Assembly (NCBI GenBank): GCA_964016885.1 | Contig: OZ024741.1 | Location: forward strand, 306,032,001-306,096,000 | Length of the DNA stretch: 64,000 nt | Source of the DNA: Eledone cirrhosa | Taxonomy: Eukaryota | Direction: 5' to 3' | In this document: positions 50,242 through 63,463 of the stretch, piece after piece | How the letters are laid out: every line of letters starts with the position of its first letter | Position numbering within the stretch: the first letter of the stretch is position 1 | The notes under the pieces: model-generated | Seen by the model: the letters and a program-made list of their open reading frames with translations, nothing else | Told to the model about the DNA's origin: nothing | Database searches by the model: none | Translations under genes and position numbers: made by a program

Positions 50242-51807
50242 ATGGAGGAAGAAGAAAGATTAACTATTTCTAAAAATATTACCCGTTTACTACGACCGTC
50301 CATGCTATACAAGGAAATGTTGTCGAAAGCGCAAGAAGAGGCAATCAATTTAAACGTCCGTTTGTCTGAAATCAAAACCACTCTGTATCAAAAGCTTCGT
50401 GATACAACATTTGACCGTCCACTCCGAAATTACGTTTATAACTACTTGAAGAGGAATGGTCACTTTGCAGCTGAACAGAAACTGCAGCCATCATCGCAAG
50501 AATCACTTGATTACTTGTATGTGGCACAGCAAAACTGGGAGAGACGAATTGTGAAAAGTCTGAATGCTATGTGTACTGAACAAAATATATCCTTAGCTCG
50601 GAAAAGGCCTCAGAAAGACATCAACCAGATGATGAACCAGTGGACGGAACTGGGAACCAACACTCGTGAACCAACGAATATTCGCCCTGTATATGCTCCG
50701 AAAGACTTCCTTGATGCTATCATCAGTGTTCAGAACCAAAACATCAACAGGAACAGCGAAGGGCCTATGAGCATGTGGGGCATAATACAAATTGCACTGA
50801 AAGTCAGGGGTCTGGCAGAATTGCGAGCATTCTACAGTGGGATTTCAATAAAACATTGTCAAATAGGCATTGACGACAGCATCGATGGTCTGAACGACAA
50901 CTTTTTTAATGAAAATATTAAACTCGGCAATAAAGTTATAGCTCTCGGCTTAACTCCGGTATCACAGGAGTACTCCAAGAAAGGATGTCCAGTCAGCTTA
51001 CGAAAGACACTCTGGATCCAAATGCTTGGCCTTGATATAAATAACCATGATTATGTTTATTATAAACAACTAAAAAATTATGTTTTCAAACACGAACTTC
51101 TCACTGATAAACTGCTTTACAAAGACATTAAACTGACGGCGTGTAACGATGATCAATATTTTGTATTTGAGGATTTGCTATATCAAATCCTCTTACCGTT
51201 TTCGCGTGATACTTCATTGCTGTCCTGCTATGACAAAACCAGTGGCAATTTAACAAAATCTTACATTCGGGGTAAACTAGGAAACAGTGACTTCTCCGTG
51301 ATATTTCCTCCTAGTGGTGTTATACCATTCCATGGTTTCTCCATGTACGCAGCTCCATTCTGTTACCTCTACCACGAACCCGAGCAACTCTATTTCATCT
51401 TTAGAGAAATGTATTGCAGGTTTTTCTTCCGACTCCACTGCATCTCATCCCACGAAGAAGGTATTTTATCCATTTGTTTGTTGTTCGAAATACTCTTGCA
51501 GACTTTAGAACCGGAAGTTTTCCTTCATCTGAAACTGCACGGGATCCAACCACTGAAAATTGCCTTCAAGTGGTTAATTAGAGCTTTCTCTGGCTGTCTT
51601 GCGTGTGATCAGGTTTTACTTTTATGGGACCGTATACTTGCATTTGACTCATTGCAAATTCTTGCTGTTCTAGCAGCTGCCATATTTTCCTTCAGAAAGA
51701 GTAATTTAATGAAAGTGGAAACCCTTTCAGCAGCAGAAGGGGTCTTTGCTGATCTGATGACCCTGCAAATAATGCCACTTATACAACTAGCTTTGTTCTC
51801 AAAGTAA
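50242..51807 (+). CDS. TBC1D19: TBC1 domain family member 19, 521 aa, intronless CDS
   Basis: WERRI.KSLN.MC.E, RPVYAPKDFL, NDDQYFVFED, GVIPFHGFSMY, FFFRLH.ISSH, LLLWDRIL and VLAAAIF.FR are recognisable TBC1D19 motifs; complete ATG to TAA. Confidence 0.93.
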   Translation: MEEEERLTISKNITRLLRPSMLYKEMLSKAQEEAINLNVRLSEIKTTLYQKLRDTTFDRPLRNYVYNYLKRNGHFAAEQKLQPSSQESLDYLYVAQQNWERRIVKSLNAMCTEQNISLARKRPQKDINQMMNQWTELGTNTREPTNIRPVYAPKDFLDAIISVQNQNINRNSEGPMSMWGIIQIALKVRGLAELRAFYSGISIKHCQIGIDDSIDGLNDNFFNENIKLGNKVIALGLTPVSQEYSKKGCPVSLRKTLWIQMLGLDINNHDYVYYKQLKNYVFKHELLTDKLLYKDIKLTACNDDQYFVFEDLLYQILLPFSRDTSLLSCYDKTSGNLTKSYIRGKLGNSDFSVIFPPSGVIPFHGFSMYAAPFCYLYHEPEQLYFIFREMYCRFFFRLHCISSHEEGILSICLLFEILLQTLEPEVFLHLKLHGIQPLKIAFKWLIRAFSGCLACDQVLLLWDRILAFDSLQILAVLAAAIFSFRKSNLMKVETLSAAEGVFADLMTLQIMPLIQLALFSK

Positions 51808-53182
51808 CTTATATATAATCTATCTATGAAACCTCCACAGAACTTTAATGACTTTAATATAAGATTCTTGAGATTATTGAGTTATATTTTTGAATGAGAA
51901 TCAATGAAAATATATATTCTTACACTTAGTAAAGTAGTAACAGGACTGGAACAGTGCCTGATTAAATAACTTGTAGTACTTACTTCTGTCCATTTGCATT
52001 GTTAAAAGCCAGCAGATAAACTTTACTTTTTATTACTGTAACTACCAGTGGACACTACTCTTTAGACCTGGCTGATCTCATGCTACTTTCATTCAGCCCA
52101 TTTCCAACTCACTGATCTCTCCTACTTCTCCCACCCTAACAAGCCTGTCTTAACACTAACCATCAGACTTAATCCTTCTTCCACAGAACATCGTCCTTCG
52201 CGAATTCCCTGCTTGCTCATTTCATTCCAGCAGCCGTTAACTTGCAACTGTTGAATATCTATCAGTGAGTTGGAAACATTAACTGCCACAGTCCCACTGT
52301 TCTTAAAGAACTGGAGTTGATAATGCCGAGTTGTGAAAATAAGATGTACACTGAAGCCTCTATAAGGCGTCCTAAATGTGAATGGAATTATAATAGAAGA
52401 CCAGCTATATCTCTTTCGACGAATTTATGGTCATGTCATCAGTAGAGTAACCGAAATGGTAAGATATTTAGCGGTCTTACAGAATGAAGTTGTCTCCCTT
52501 TATTGCTTCCTTTTAGAGTTATGTTCCTTGATGTTGTCAATCTAATTGTATGGTCAACTGGTAAAGTTATGTCCCTTTTATGTAGTTGATTCAAATACTG
52601 TCTGACCGATAAAATGTTGGGCGACAATACTTTTGCCATTTAATCCTCGGGACGCAGCTGAAACACCGCTCCCTCCCTCTATTTCGTCGCTTAATACTTT
52701 TTTCTTATTCTCCTTTGTTTTTTCTTGTTTCCTTATTGCCATATATCTTACAGTTTTTATTTTTATTACTGGACATTTTGTATTACATTGTACTTGATTT
52801 TAAAAAAGTTGAGTAAAAATAACTTACAGAGTTACGCCCCTTACACGGTTACTACACGCACTGGCTGGCTGAATTTGTCTTTTATTCCAGTAGGACTAAT
52901 AAACTAAACATTAGTCATACAAGAGTGAATTCATGTGGCTTAGTGCCTAAATAACAAAAAAAATATTATGAGCACTAAGTTGTTGCTGAAAACTGAGTCT
53001 TGAGTTAAATTATGCCACTTTTTTAGTAATAACCATTTTTTAATACTAACCAAGATTTAGATCTCACCGAATAAAATCATTTCTTTTTTAAATTTTATAT
53101 TTGTTCATTTTTGAGAGAGATAAAACGAATACTTTGCAAGTGAGAGGAATAATCCATATAATCCAAACGTCCTTTTATTTTA

Positions 53183-53832
53183 ATAATTGTTTCTACTTTT
53201 GGCACAAGGCCAGCAATTACCCAGTAGATTACTGGTACTTTATTTTATCGACCCCGTAAGGATGAAAGGCAAAGTTAACCTTGGCGGGATTTGAACTCAT
53301 AATGGAAAAGGCCGTAACTCTATGCATCAAAGCATGGCGTCCGACCTTCTAGCGATACTGCCAATCCACCGCCATATTTTAATAATGGTTTCTGATTTAG
53401 GCACAAGACCAACAATTTTGGGGAGGAGAGGAAAGTCGATTAAATCGACCTCAGTGCGTTATTGGTACTTCATTTTATGGATCCCATAAGGATAAAAGGC
53501 AAAGCTAATCTTGGAGAGATTTGAACTTAGTGCGTAGAAAGTCATAACTACATTACATATTGCAAAGCATTTCGTTCGACGCTCTACCGATGCAGCCAAA
53601 CCACCACCCTTTATAATAGTTTCTGATTTAAGCATAAGGCCAGCAATTTTCAGGGAAGGGGTAAATCGATTAAATTGACCCCCCAGTGCATTACTGGTAC
53701 TCTATTTTATAGTCCCAGTAAGGATGAAAAGTAACGCTAACCTCAGCAGGATTTTAATTCTGAACGTAAAGAGCCATAACTATATGCCTTAAAGCAAGGT
53801 GTCCTATGCCCTACCCATACTGCCAATCCACT
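53183..53832 (-). mobile_element. Three Meta-type SINEs in head-to-tail tandem
   Basis: Copies at ~53183-53373, 53380-53610 and 53615-53832; the first is flanked by a tattttaataat duplication. Confidence 0.8.
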
Positions 53833-54049
53833 TTTTGTAAATGTTACGGGTTAAACTAAACTTATAGTTAAGTACCTGGTTGATTGGTTTAAAACATTAA
53901 ACATTGCTCCCAAAAGGACCTGTCAAGGAGCTTGCAAGAATAATGATCCTGCTTTAGTGGGGAAAGTAAAGTGGTTTTAAAACACTTATATATATATAAG
54001 AGAGAGAGAGAGAGAGAGAGAGGTAAACAGAAATAACAACAATACCACC

Positions 54050-55150
54050 AGCATTGTTTTATGTCTGCTTTTCCATGCTTGAATGGTTCTTTTTCAGCAC
54101 AGCATTCCTCCATTCAGTGCATTTTTTCATCATCTCCTCTGTGGGCTTCAGTAATTTGAGGTTAGTTTTCACCACTTCTGCCAAGGTTTCCTTGGTCTTC
54201 CTCTACTGCTGCTACCTTCCACTGGGATTTTCTGGCACTTCTTTACTCAATGTTCATTATCCTTATGCATTACATGCCCTTACAAACACAGTTTTCTCTC
54301 TTGCACACTACATCTGGTTCCTCTTATATCCAGTTTTTCTCTCAGCTTATCTCAGTATCACCATTCACGAACATTAACATTGCATATTCAGTGGAGCATG
54401 CTTGCTTCATTTCTCTTCAGCTTTCATATATTTTCTGCATTCACTGCCCATATCTTATTACCATGCCACATCGCACATTACATGTAGGCATTATACAACC
54501 AGCCTTTCATTCATAGAGAAAAACTTGTTGCTGTCAATAAAGGTAGTTGAACTTTTTCATCCTGTTTTAATCTTAGCTACTATACTCTCAAAGCATCCTC
54601 TGCAACTGATAATTAGGTCACCTAAATAACAGAAGCTATCAACCATTTCTATGGAGCTTTCCTTTGATTGATACATTTTATTTCACTGATGTTCTTTCTA
54701 CCAACTATCACAACATCTGCCACATACAAAGTAGCTCTTCTATTATTTTGCCTGCTATCCTACTACACCTCTTGTGTGCCCAATATTTACATTGTGTACA
54801 AGGTATAGAGTTTCTATTATATAGAGCAAGGCCATTTCCTGCTAACCAGCTTCCTGTCTTTTTTACCACTTACTAAAACTTTGGTCTTTGTTAAATTTAC
54901 TCAGAGACCTTTTGATTCTAAGTTCTGTTTCCACAACTGAAATTTCTTCTCAAGTTCTTCCACAGATTCTCCTATAAGAATCAATTCATCAGCATACAAA
55001 AATTCTCACATACTGTCTTAAGTTCTGGTGTTATGGCCTGAAGAGCTATAATAAACAAGAGTGGTCTGAGGACTGAGATCTGATGAACACCTACCTGCAC
55101 ATTATATTTCTCACTAAACTTATTATCTATTCCAACTTTATTGATATCTC
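54050..55150 (-). mobile_element. Old decayed RTE fragment (RT-PHD-C-terminus)
   Basis: Colinear with 58700-59830. Confidence 0.75.
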
Positions 55151-55926
55151 CTCACGAGTTATTCTTCTACAATATTGTATGCATGTACAAGAGAAGGGGA
55201 TAATAAGATGAAATGTGTTGTAAAACACTATGAAAATTAGGAAAATAAGAATTTGAAACTTTACATAGGATTAATAGATTCTTAGATTTATAATAATAAA
55301 ATGGTTGACGTATATTTGAAAAGATATAAATATTTCACATAACCTGATTTGTTCTATACTTGTATGGACTCATAATTCCTGAATGAGTTATAGGGCTGCC
55401 ATATTGACATACAGCGTTTCTAGGGCATTTTAAAACTGGAGGAGCCCTCCTCCTCTCCATGTCTGAATACAGCAGATTTCTTCCAGAGAAAGATAGAGAG
55501 TGAGAGAAAGGAAGCGAGAAAGAGATATAGGGAGAAATCAATCCAGTACTAGACTGGTACTTTTTTATTGACCTTAAATGGATGAAAAGCAAAGTTGACC
55601 TCGGTGGAATTTGAATTCAGAGTTCAGAGAGTCGGAATAAATACTGAAAAGTATTCTATATGATGTTTTAATTACTCTGCAAATTTACTGCCATTTGAAA
55701 GTTTAGACATAGACAAACACACATGACAGGCTTCCAGAGAATGACCCATCTATAGTTTCAAAAAGAAAAATAATTTAAAAAAAAGAGAAAGAGACGGGTC
55801 TTATAAATATCTTTTATTGCACAATTTTGATGACAGGAGTATCAGAGCAGTTTATATTTAACAATATGGACATCTTTGTTACAAATAGTATCTGTTGACC
55901 TGAAATAATAGCAAAATAATGATAAG

Positions 55927-56008
55927 TTAGTAGTAGTAGTAGTAGTAGTAGCAGTAGCAGCAGTAGCAGCAGCAGCAGCAGCAGAAGCAGCAGCAGCAAC
56001 AGTAGCAA
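55927..56008. repeat. (TAG)n(CAG)n trinucleotide microsatellite
   Basis: Read directly. Confidence 0.9.
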
Positions 56009-56439
56009 TGATAGTGTCCATTTTCTCTACTAGCAAGGGTTGGATGAGTCATCACAGACCAAATAAATATTTAACTGGAGCCACTGACCTCTTAGCCAAT
56101 GGAGTACATCTTGCTGACATACATTCCTGTACACTACAAAATGTATGGTTCCATTTTACTGTGGCACCAACACTAGGAATGTTTTCATATCTTTAGCAAA
56201 CTGAAGAGTTCTCTCAACGCTTTGTTTGTCAAGTTTGCTTTATGGCTAGATGCCCTTCCTATCACCGGCCACTTTACTGAGTATACTGAGTGCATTTTAG
56301 TGTTAACATATTTAATGTAAGGTCAGCTGGATGGGTAGACATTTTGCTTTACAATCAGGAAGTTATTGGTTAGATCCAACTGCATCGAATCTTGGGTAAG
56401 TATTTTTACTATAACCTCAGATTGACATAAGCCATTGTA

Positions 56440-56700
56440 GTGGCCTAGTGGTAAGATGTTGGACTTACAATCATAATGCCATGGGTTTGATTCCTGGGCT
56501 GGGTTGCGTGTTGTGTTCTTGAGTAAAACATTTCATTTCACATTGTTCCAGTAAAATGAGTATCAGCACTAGCTGGGGGTTTAACCCGGCAATGGACTGG
56601 CATCTTGTCTAGTGAAGAGTCTTGTGCTCTCAGCTTCATGCCACGAAATTGTGATAAGCACCGGCATAATGAGCCTTCTGGCTTGAGACAGACTTTAGCC
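56440..56700 (+). mobile_element. CORE-type tRNA SINE
   Basis: gtggcctagtggtaag A-box, gggtttgattcc B-box, gttcttgagtaaaacatt core; same family as 40795-41070. Confidence 0.72.
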
Positions 56701-56821
56701 TAGCCTTAGCATGTGTGTGTGTGAGATTGGGATGATTGAAACTGTGGATGGACTGTACCTATAATAAGATCCAGCTTTGTCACATACTGTGTCACTGATT
56801 CAGCTTGGGAATTACGTAAAA

Positions 56822-57393
56822 GATACACATGTCTGTGTTTTACACAACCACTTACACATGAAGTCATGTGTTGGACATATATATGTCTGTGTAATACACA
56901 ACTGCTTACACATTAATTCATATGTTGGGAGTGCACATCTGTGTATTACACAACATTTACATGACAATTCATGTGTTAGATGTACACATGTGTGTAATAT
57001 ACAACCACTTACACATTAAGTCATGTGTTGGACATACATGTGTGTATGCAATACACAACCTCTTACACATTAAGTCATGTGTTGGACATACATGTGTGTA
57101 TGTAATATACAACCTCCTACACATTAAGTCGTGTTGGACATACATGTGTGTGTAATATACAACCTCTTACACATTAAGTCATGTGTTGGACATACATGTG
57201 TGTATGTAATATACAACCTCCTACACATTAAGTCGTGTTGGACATACATGTGTGTGTAATATACAACCTCTTACACATTAAGTCATGTGTTGGATATACA
57301 TGTGTGTAATATACAACCTCTTACACATTAAGTCATGTGTTGGACATACATGTGTGTGTGTAATATACAACCTTTTACACATTAAGTCATGTG
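56822..57393. repeat. 11 x ~52-bp minisatellite grown from a SINE internal segment
   Basis: Unit gacatacatgtgtgtgtaatatacaacctcttacacattaagtcatgtgttg, preceded by SINE body (56765-56820). Confidence 0.88.
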
Positions 57394-58367
57394 ATGTATG
57401 TACTAATTTCTGTGGAATTACACCGAGTAAATATACAAGATTCTAAAAAACAAAACGAACTTGAGCCAAGGGAAATAACTCATATAAACTAATGGCATGA
57501 ATTAGGATAAAGAAACCCTATTTTAGTCTATATTATTCACTATTTTTCCTGTTTAAAACAATGGAGGAGGTGGATTGGAGAGATATTTAATTGTTATTTC
57601 TAGCGTGTTTATATGTATGTGTCTATGTCTGTGTAGGTGTCATCAGGATCGTGGGAATGTGTCTATATATGTGTATATACCTGTCTGGTATATGTCTTTA
57701 TATGGGTGCATGTGTCTATATCTGTTTGTGTATATGTCAATGTTTCTTTGTGTCTATCTGTCGATGTTTGTGTTTATGTATGACTGTTTGTGTATGTACA
57801 TGTCTATGTTTCGGTGAATATGTTGATGTCTATCTGTGTGTATATGTTTGTGTACCTGTGTTTATGTATGTTTGTGTGCATATGTATATATGCCTGTATG
57901 TGTTAATGTCTGTTTCTGTGTATGTGTCACTGTGTATTTGTGTGTATGTGTTTGTCTGTTTATTGGAATGTGTGTGTTTAGTATGCATGTGAATACATAT
58001 ATATATATATATATATATTAGAGGTGTATATGAAGGCATATACATTATGTTTATGTATATATACTGTATTTATGCCTGTCTGTGTGTATGTGTTGATGTC
58101 TGTGTATGTGTGGAAGTTGATTAATTCTTCCTTTGTATCAGTTCCATGCTGTAAACAGAGCTAGGTAATATCTAGCTTTAGGAAAGAAATCTTGCACTTA
58201 TTTACACTTACATTGAGTACTTTGGAGAGTTCTGTGGTCAGGAAGTTAAATTATGAGGTCAGGTCCTATGTTTTTTTTTGCAAGTCAGTTTTCCTTCAAT
58301 ACAGTTACTGTTAATGAAAAATAAACCATTATATATATATATATATATATCATCATGATATATATAT

Positions 58368-58605
58368 ATACAAAAAAACACACAGTCCACGCTGTAATGT
58401 GGCCTTCTAGGCAACACGGTAAAAACCTCCCAGCCCCACACTGTAAATGTGGTTGGTGTTAGGAAGGGCATCCAGCTGTAGAAAACCCGCCAGACAGTCC
58501 TATGCGAGCAAGACAACCACTCTTGCCTCAAGTGGGAAAACTCCCGTCCAAACCCATGCAAGCGTGGAACATGGACGTTAAACGATGATGATGATGATGA
58601 TGATG
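58368..58605 (+). mobile_element. 3'-UTR fragment of the RTE family at 14654-16475
   Basis: Near-identical to 16238-16475; another copy at 63560-63795. Confidence 0.85.
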
Positions 58606-58684
58606 TAAAGTGGTATAAATATATCTTGGCAGTTGCACTAGCATAACATGATTCATAACGAATGTATATATGGAGGCATATACC

Positions 58685-61600
58685 ATCATCATCATTTTTT
58701 TTTACGTCCGCTTTTCCCTGCTTGCAAGGGTGGGGCGGGTTCTATTCAACACAGCATCTCTCCACTTGTCAAAGTCCTTCGTCATCTCCTCCGTGAGCTT
58801 CAGCGATCTGGGGTCAGCTCTCACCACCTCCGCCCATGTTTTTCGTGGTCTTCCTCTACTGCGTCTTCCTTATACTGGCATTTCTTGGCACTTCTTTACC
58901 CAGCGGTCATCCTCCAAGTGCATCACATGTCCATACTATCGGAGTCTTCTCTCCCGCACACTACAACTTATCCCTCTTATACACAGTTTCTCTCTCAACT
59001 CATCCAACCTTGGTTGTTCATGTACATTGACATTACACATCCAACGGAGCAGGTTTGCTTCATTTCTCTCCAGCCGTCGCATATCTCTGTAGTTGCTGCC
59101 CATGTCTCACTACCATGCAGCATCGCGCATCTCACACAGGCATCATATAACCGGCCTTTCGTACGCAGGGAGAAACCCTTCTTTGTCAGCAGAGGAAGCA
59201 GCTTCCTAAACTCCTTCCAACCCGTCCTTATTCTAGATACTATGGCATCGGAACAACCCCTCCCATGCTAATCTGATCACCTAGGTACTGGAAGCTATCA
59301 ACCACTTCTATAGAACCTACCTGAATTTGAAAAATGTGTCTATCACTGCGACTTCTACTGTCAAATTTCCCTGTACATCTACTGCATATGTATTTTTCCC
59401 TACCTGTTAGTTTGCCTGCTATCCCACTACATCTCTTGTGTACCCAAGATCTGCATTGTGTACATTTTATAGAATTTATGCCAGTTCCTTTTCTACATAT
59501 CGAACATGGCCATTTCCCTGATGGAATCAGAGTGTTGTCCTCTTTTCTACTTATCAACACTTTTGTCTTAGCTAGGTTCACTCTCAGTCCTCTTAATTCC
59601 AACTGCTGTTTCCATAGCCAAAATTTATTCTCTAGCTCCTCTACTGATTCTGCTATAAGAACCAGATCGTCAGCATAGAGAAGTTTCCATGAGCAGCCAG
59701 TCTTAAACTCCTCTGTTATGGCTTGGAGGACTATAATGAACAAGAGCAGGCTGAGGACCGAAACCTGATGTACTCCTACTTGTATCTGGAATTCCTCACT
59801 AAACTCCATTCCTACCCTCACTTTACTGACAGCACCTCTGTATAAAGCTTGCACTGTCCTCACAAGCCATTCCTCAACACCTAGTTTCCTTAGGGACCAC
59901 CAGATGACAGATCGGGCTACCTTATCAAAGGCCTTCTCTAGGTCAACAAAAGTTAAGTACAGTGGCTTATTCTTCTCTAAGAACCTCTCTTGTAGTTGTC
60001 TCACCAAGAAGAGGGCATCTGTTGTACTTTTTCCAGGAACAAAACCAAACTGCATCTCATCTAGTTTGACCCTTTCTCTAATTGGTTGTGCTAATATCCT
60101 TTCTGCCACTTTCATAACCTGATCCATCAGTTTTATGCCTCTATAATTGCTCCTCTCCAGAGCATCCCCATTACCTTTGTAGAAATTTATGAGAATACTG
60201 CTGCACCAGTCTTTGGGTATGACTCCGCCATATATAGCTTAATTAATGATGCGTGCAACCAGTTTATTATCTACTTCTCCTGATGCCTTCAGCATCTCAG
60301 CAACTATCCCCAACAGTCCAGTGGCCTTACCATTTTTCATTTCCTTAATTGCCTCTTGGACCCTATATTTGTCAATCTCAATAGCTGGTCCCTCTGTCGG
60401 GTCTACTAGGGGTAGTTTCTCTCTCTTCCATTTGTTCTCCACATTCATCAGCCTCTCATAATGACATTTCCAGGCCTCTTTTAAAACCCTCATGCTTCCC
60501 GAAATTCGCTCAAACTACACCTGATGTCCCCCTTCCATACACATGCACACATGTGTATATCATGACTCATGCACTGTTCATTTTCCTGACGTTTGTACAT
60601 TACCCTATGTACTATACATACACTTTTGATGAGTTGTAGTGCACCTGAGCACTGTACACAATATTTTCATTATTATTATTATTATTATTATGGACACTAA
60701 GTACACCGGCATCATTCTGGACACTTATCTCCAACAACATCCTGATTTACACTGACACACTGCCTTGCAATGCGGAACACCATACGTCTCTGATCTACTC
60801 GTCGCAGGCAAACCTCCTACTCTCAGCCTCCGTGCATGCAAGTACACCTGATGTCTATCTTCTCTCTTACCGGCTGTATATCCTTCTCTACTCCCTCCAT
60901 TTTTTCAAGCGTTCCATGCTAGTCTTTTGTCTCTACCGTGTTGTTCCACCACCAGGTCACCTTCTGTCTGGTTGGAGCTCTGCTCCAGCCACAAGTTTCT
61001 TCAATAGTCTGCAGTATGCTGTCACGTAAGAAATTCCAGTTATCATCTATGTCATACGATTCTAAAACGTCTTTTTTCTCATCATACACACCTTGAAGGG
61101 CTTTCCTAAATTTATATTTTAGTGAAAGGTCTTTTAGTTTCCAGACCTTCCTTTTCCACACCTTCCTGTATGTCTCATTTTGTCTCTTGCTTATTGAGAT
61201 GTCACTAACGACTAACCTATGCGGGGGGAGGGGGGGGGGGGTACATTCTTCCCTGGGGTATGCCTTAGTATTTGACACCATCTGTCTGTCTCACTGCCTA
61301 ACTAACAAGAAGTCAATCTGGCTTATGTGCTCACCTGATTTGTAAGTTATTAGGTGGTTGGTAGATTTCTTGAAGTTAGTGTTGCAAATGGTTAGTTCAC
61401 TTGCATCACAAAATTCAAGAAGCCTCACTCCTTCGTTTCTTGAACCATAACTGTGCCCACCATGTACCCCAGTGTAATCACCCTGGAGCTGTCCAACATA
61501 ACCATTGAAGTCTTCTCTAGCATAACAATGTTTCTGTCCTCTGTCATTGTGGCTGTTTCTAAAGTTGCTAGTAAAAGCAGTCTTTCTCTTCTTTACATAG

Positions 61601-62000
61601 GCCCACCTGGAGAGCATAGGTGGAGATGATTGTCAGCTGTCTCTTGCCTACAACTAATCTAATCTTAATTATTCTATTACTGAGACTCTAATTACTTCTA
61701 TTGTCTTATCGATCCATCTCTCAGCTAGTAAAATGCCTACCCCACCTAACCCATCATCATTACATACCCAGAAAAGCTTATAAATAAGATGTTTGCTTGC
61801 GATTAGTCTTGCAGAGGCATCTCTCCATCTCACCTCTTGCATGCAGCACACATCCACCTGTTTTCTCTCTAGCATCTCCACAATCTCACCAGATCTGCCT
61901 GTTAGAGTGCTAACATTAAGTGTGGCAACTCTGAGATTTGTCGTCTTCATATTCTTAATATGTTTATGTATAATAAACATACAAGAATCACCTTATGAAT
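58685..62000 (-). mobile_element. Near full-length decayed RTE LINE (APE + RT + PHD), interrupted by a CR1 3' fragment at 60480-60690
   Basis: ATLNV, CMQEVRW, DFNGYVG, SQIDFLLV, HRLVV, DLEKAFD, LYADD, CSIC..CTQC..WVHKRC..CSRC; short 3' UTR and (TGA)n. Confidence 0.92.
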
Positions 62001-62204
62001 ATTTTAAGCTGTGATCATGTTGCAGCTAACTCAGTAGCCATGTGAGAATGTCAGGCATGTGTTTCTCGAGTTTTATCCATCATCAGTGATATTCATTTAC
62101 TCAGTACCGAGACAAGATTTAGCTATAGCTTATGTACTTTTTTCAGGTGGTGATGCTCATTTGCATATACTGCCAATTAATTCTAGCTGTTCAAGCTCAC
62201 ACTG

Positions 62205-62622
62205 CTTTTGGGTCCGGATAATCGCCCCCCCCCCCCCATCGCTTATTAGTTTTTCTAATACTCCACTCTTATTCCACCCCAACACCCTGCTTATTAAATT
62301 TTGCTAATCTATGTCCGACAAAATTTTATTTTATGTGGTTGCATTCCTGCGATAATTAATTTTCTTTAGACATTAAAAAACATTATACATGACAAAAAAT
62401 AATATTACAAGAAATCTCATAGATTATAAAATAAATAGGATGGGTTGGGTCTCAATATGTAAACTAAATGACTAATTCTGGTTTTTAAAAAAAATCAGGG
62501 GAGATAACCTAGAAAATGACCCCCTCTGTCTAATTCTAACCTCCCCACTTATTTCAACTCCCCGTTTATTCCACCATCCCCACACTTATTCCACCCCTCC
62601 TATTATTTGGGACTTGAGGGTA
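62205..62622. mobile_element. TIR MITE (family of 28733 and 46964)
   Basis: gggtccggataatcgccc ... tattatttgggacttgaggg and shared internal sequence. Confidence 0.65.
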
Positions 62623-63348
62623 TATGATCATGAGTATTTCCAGCTGGTCTTTTATTTCCACTATTCAACCAAAATATAATCACTACTTACCACCACTTTC
62701 CTTTATAGTGTACAGTTGCTCCATTTAAGAAAACGATGGATCCTTCATAACAAGAGGTTGGGTCTAAATGTTTAGTTTTTTGTTCTTTTGGTTCATAATC
62801 CTTCACTGATTTAAAGACAATGAAAATTCGTTTTGAAAAAGTAAAAGTAATGACAAAATTAGAGATCAATATAAAGTTATTAATTCAAAACAGTTTATGA
62901 CAATGATTTGTGATTTAGGCACAAGGCCAAGAGTTTTGGGGGAGGAGAAAGTCAATTAAATTGACCCCAGTATGTTAGACAACCAGTCTAACCCATGCAA
63001 GCATGGAAAATAGATGTTAGACAGTGGTGATGATAATGATGATGATAAACAATATAAAGTGTTGTATTGTAGAAACATGAGCAGTTTCAGACAGTTTGGT
63101 ATTAAAAGGGTTAAGTGGTTACAAATGTATATGGATTTAGTGGTTAGTTAGCTGTCAATGCAGGTATGCTAACCCCTACTTGATACACATGTTTTTTTAC
63201 ATTAAACTTTAACCAATGGTAATAAAAAAAAAAAAGAATAAATAAAGGGCAATATCTACATAATATATACGTATATATGTGTGAATGGTTTTGTAATATG
63301 GTTGAATGGTAGCTGAGTTTTACTGGAGCCAACAGCTAATTTTACAAT

Positions 63349-63463
63349 ATATTAGAAAGAAACAGGGCCCAATGGCTGAGCTCTTGCCATTTTGACAGCT
63401 AGTTCCAGACCAGTCTGTCAAAACGGTAAGAGCTCAGCGCTGTGCCCCGATTCTTTCTAATAT
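63349..63463. repeat. ~115-bp imperfect hairpin, probably the core of a foldback MITE
   Basis: atattagaaagaa..gctgagctcttgcc.ttttgacag / ctgtcaaaa.ggtaagagctcagc..ttctttctaatat. Confidence 0.7.

Noticed and set aside
61223-61241. G-run inside the RTE endonuclease as a functional G-quadruplex
   Set aside because: Looks like a homopolymer expansion in a dead copy; no supporting context
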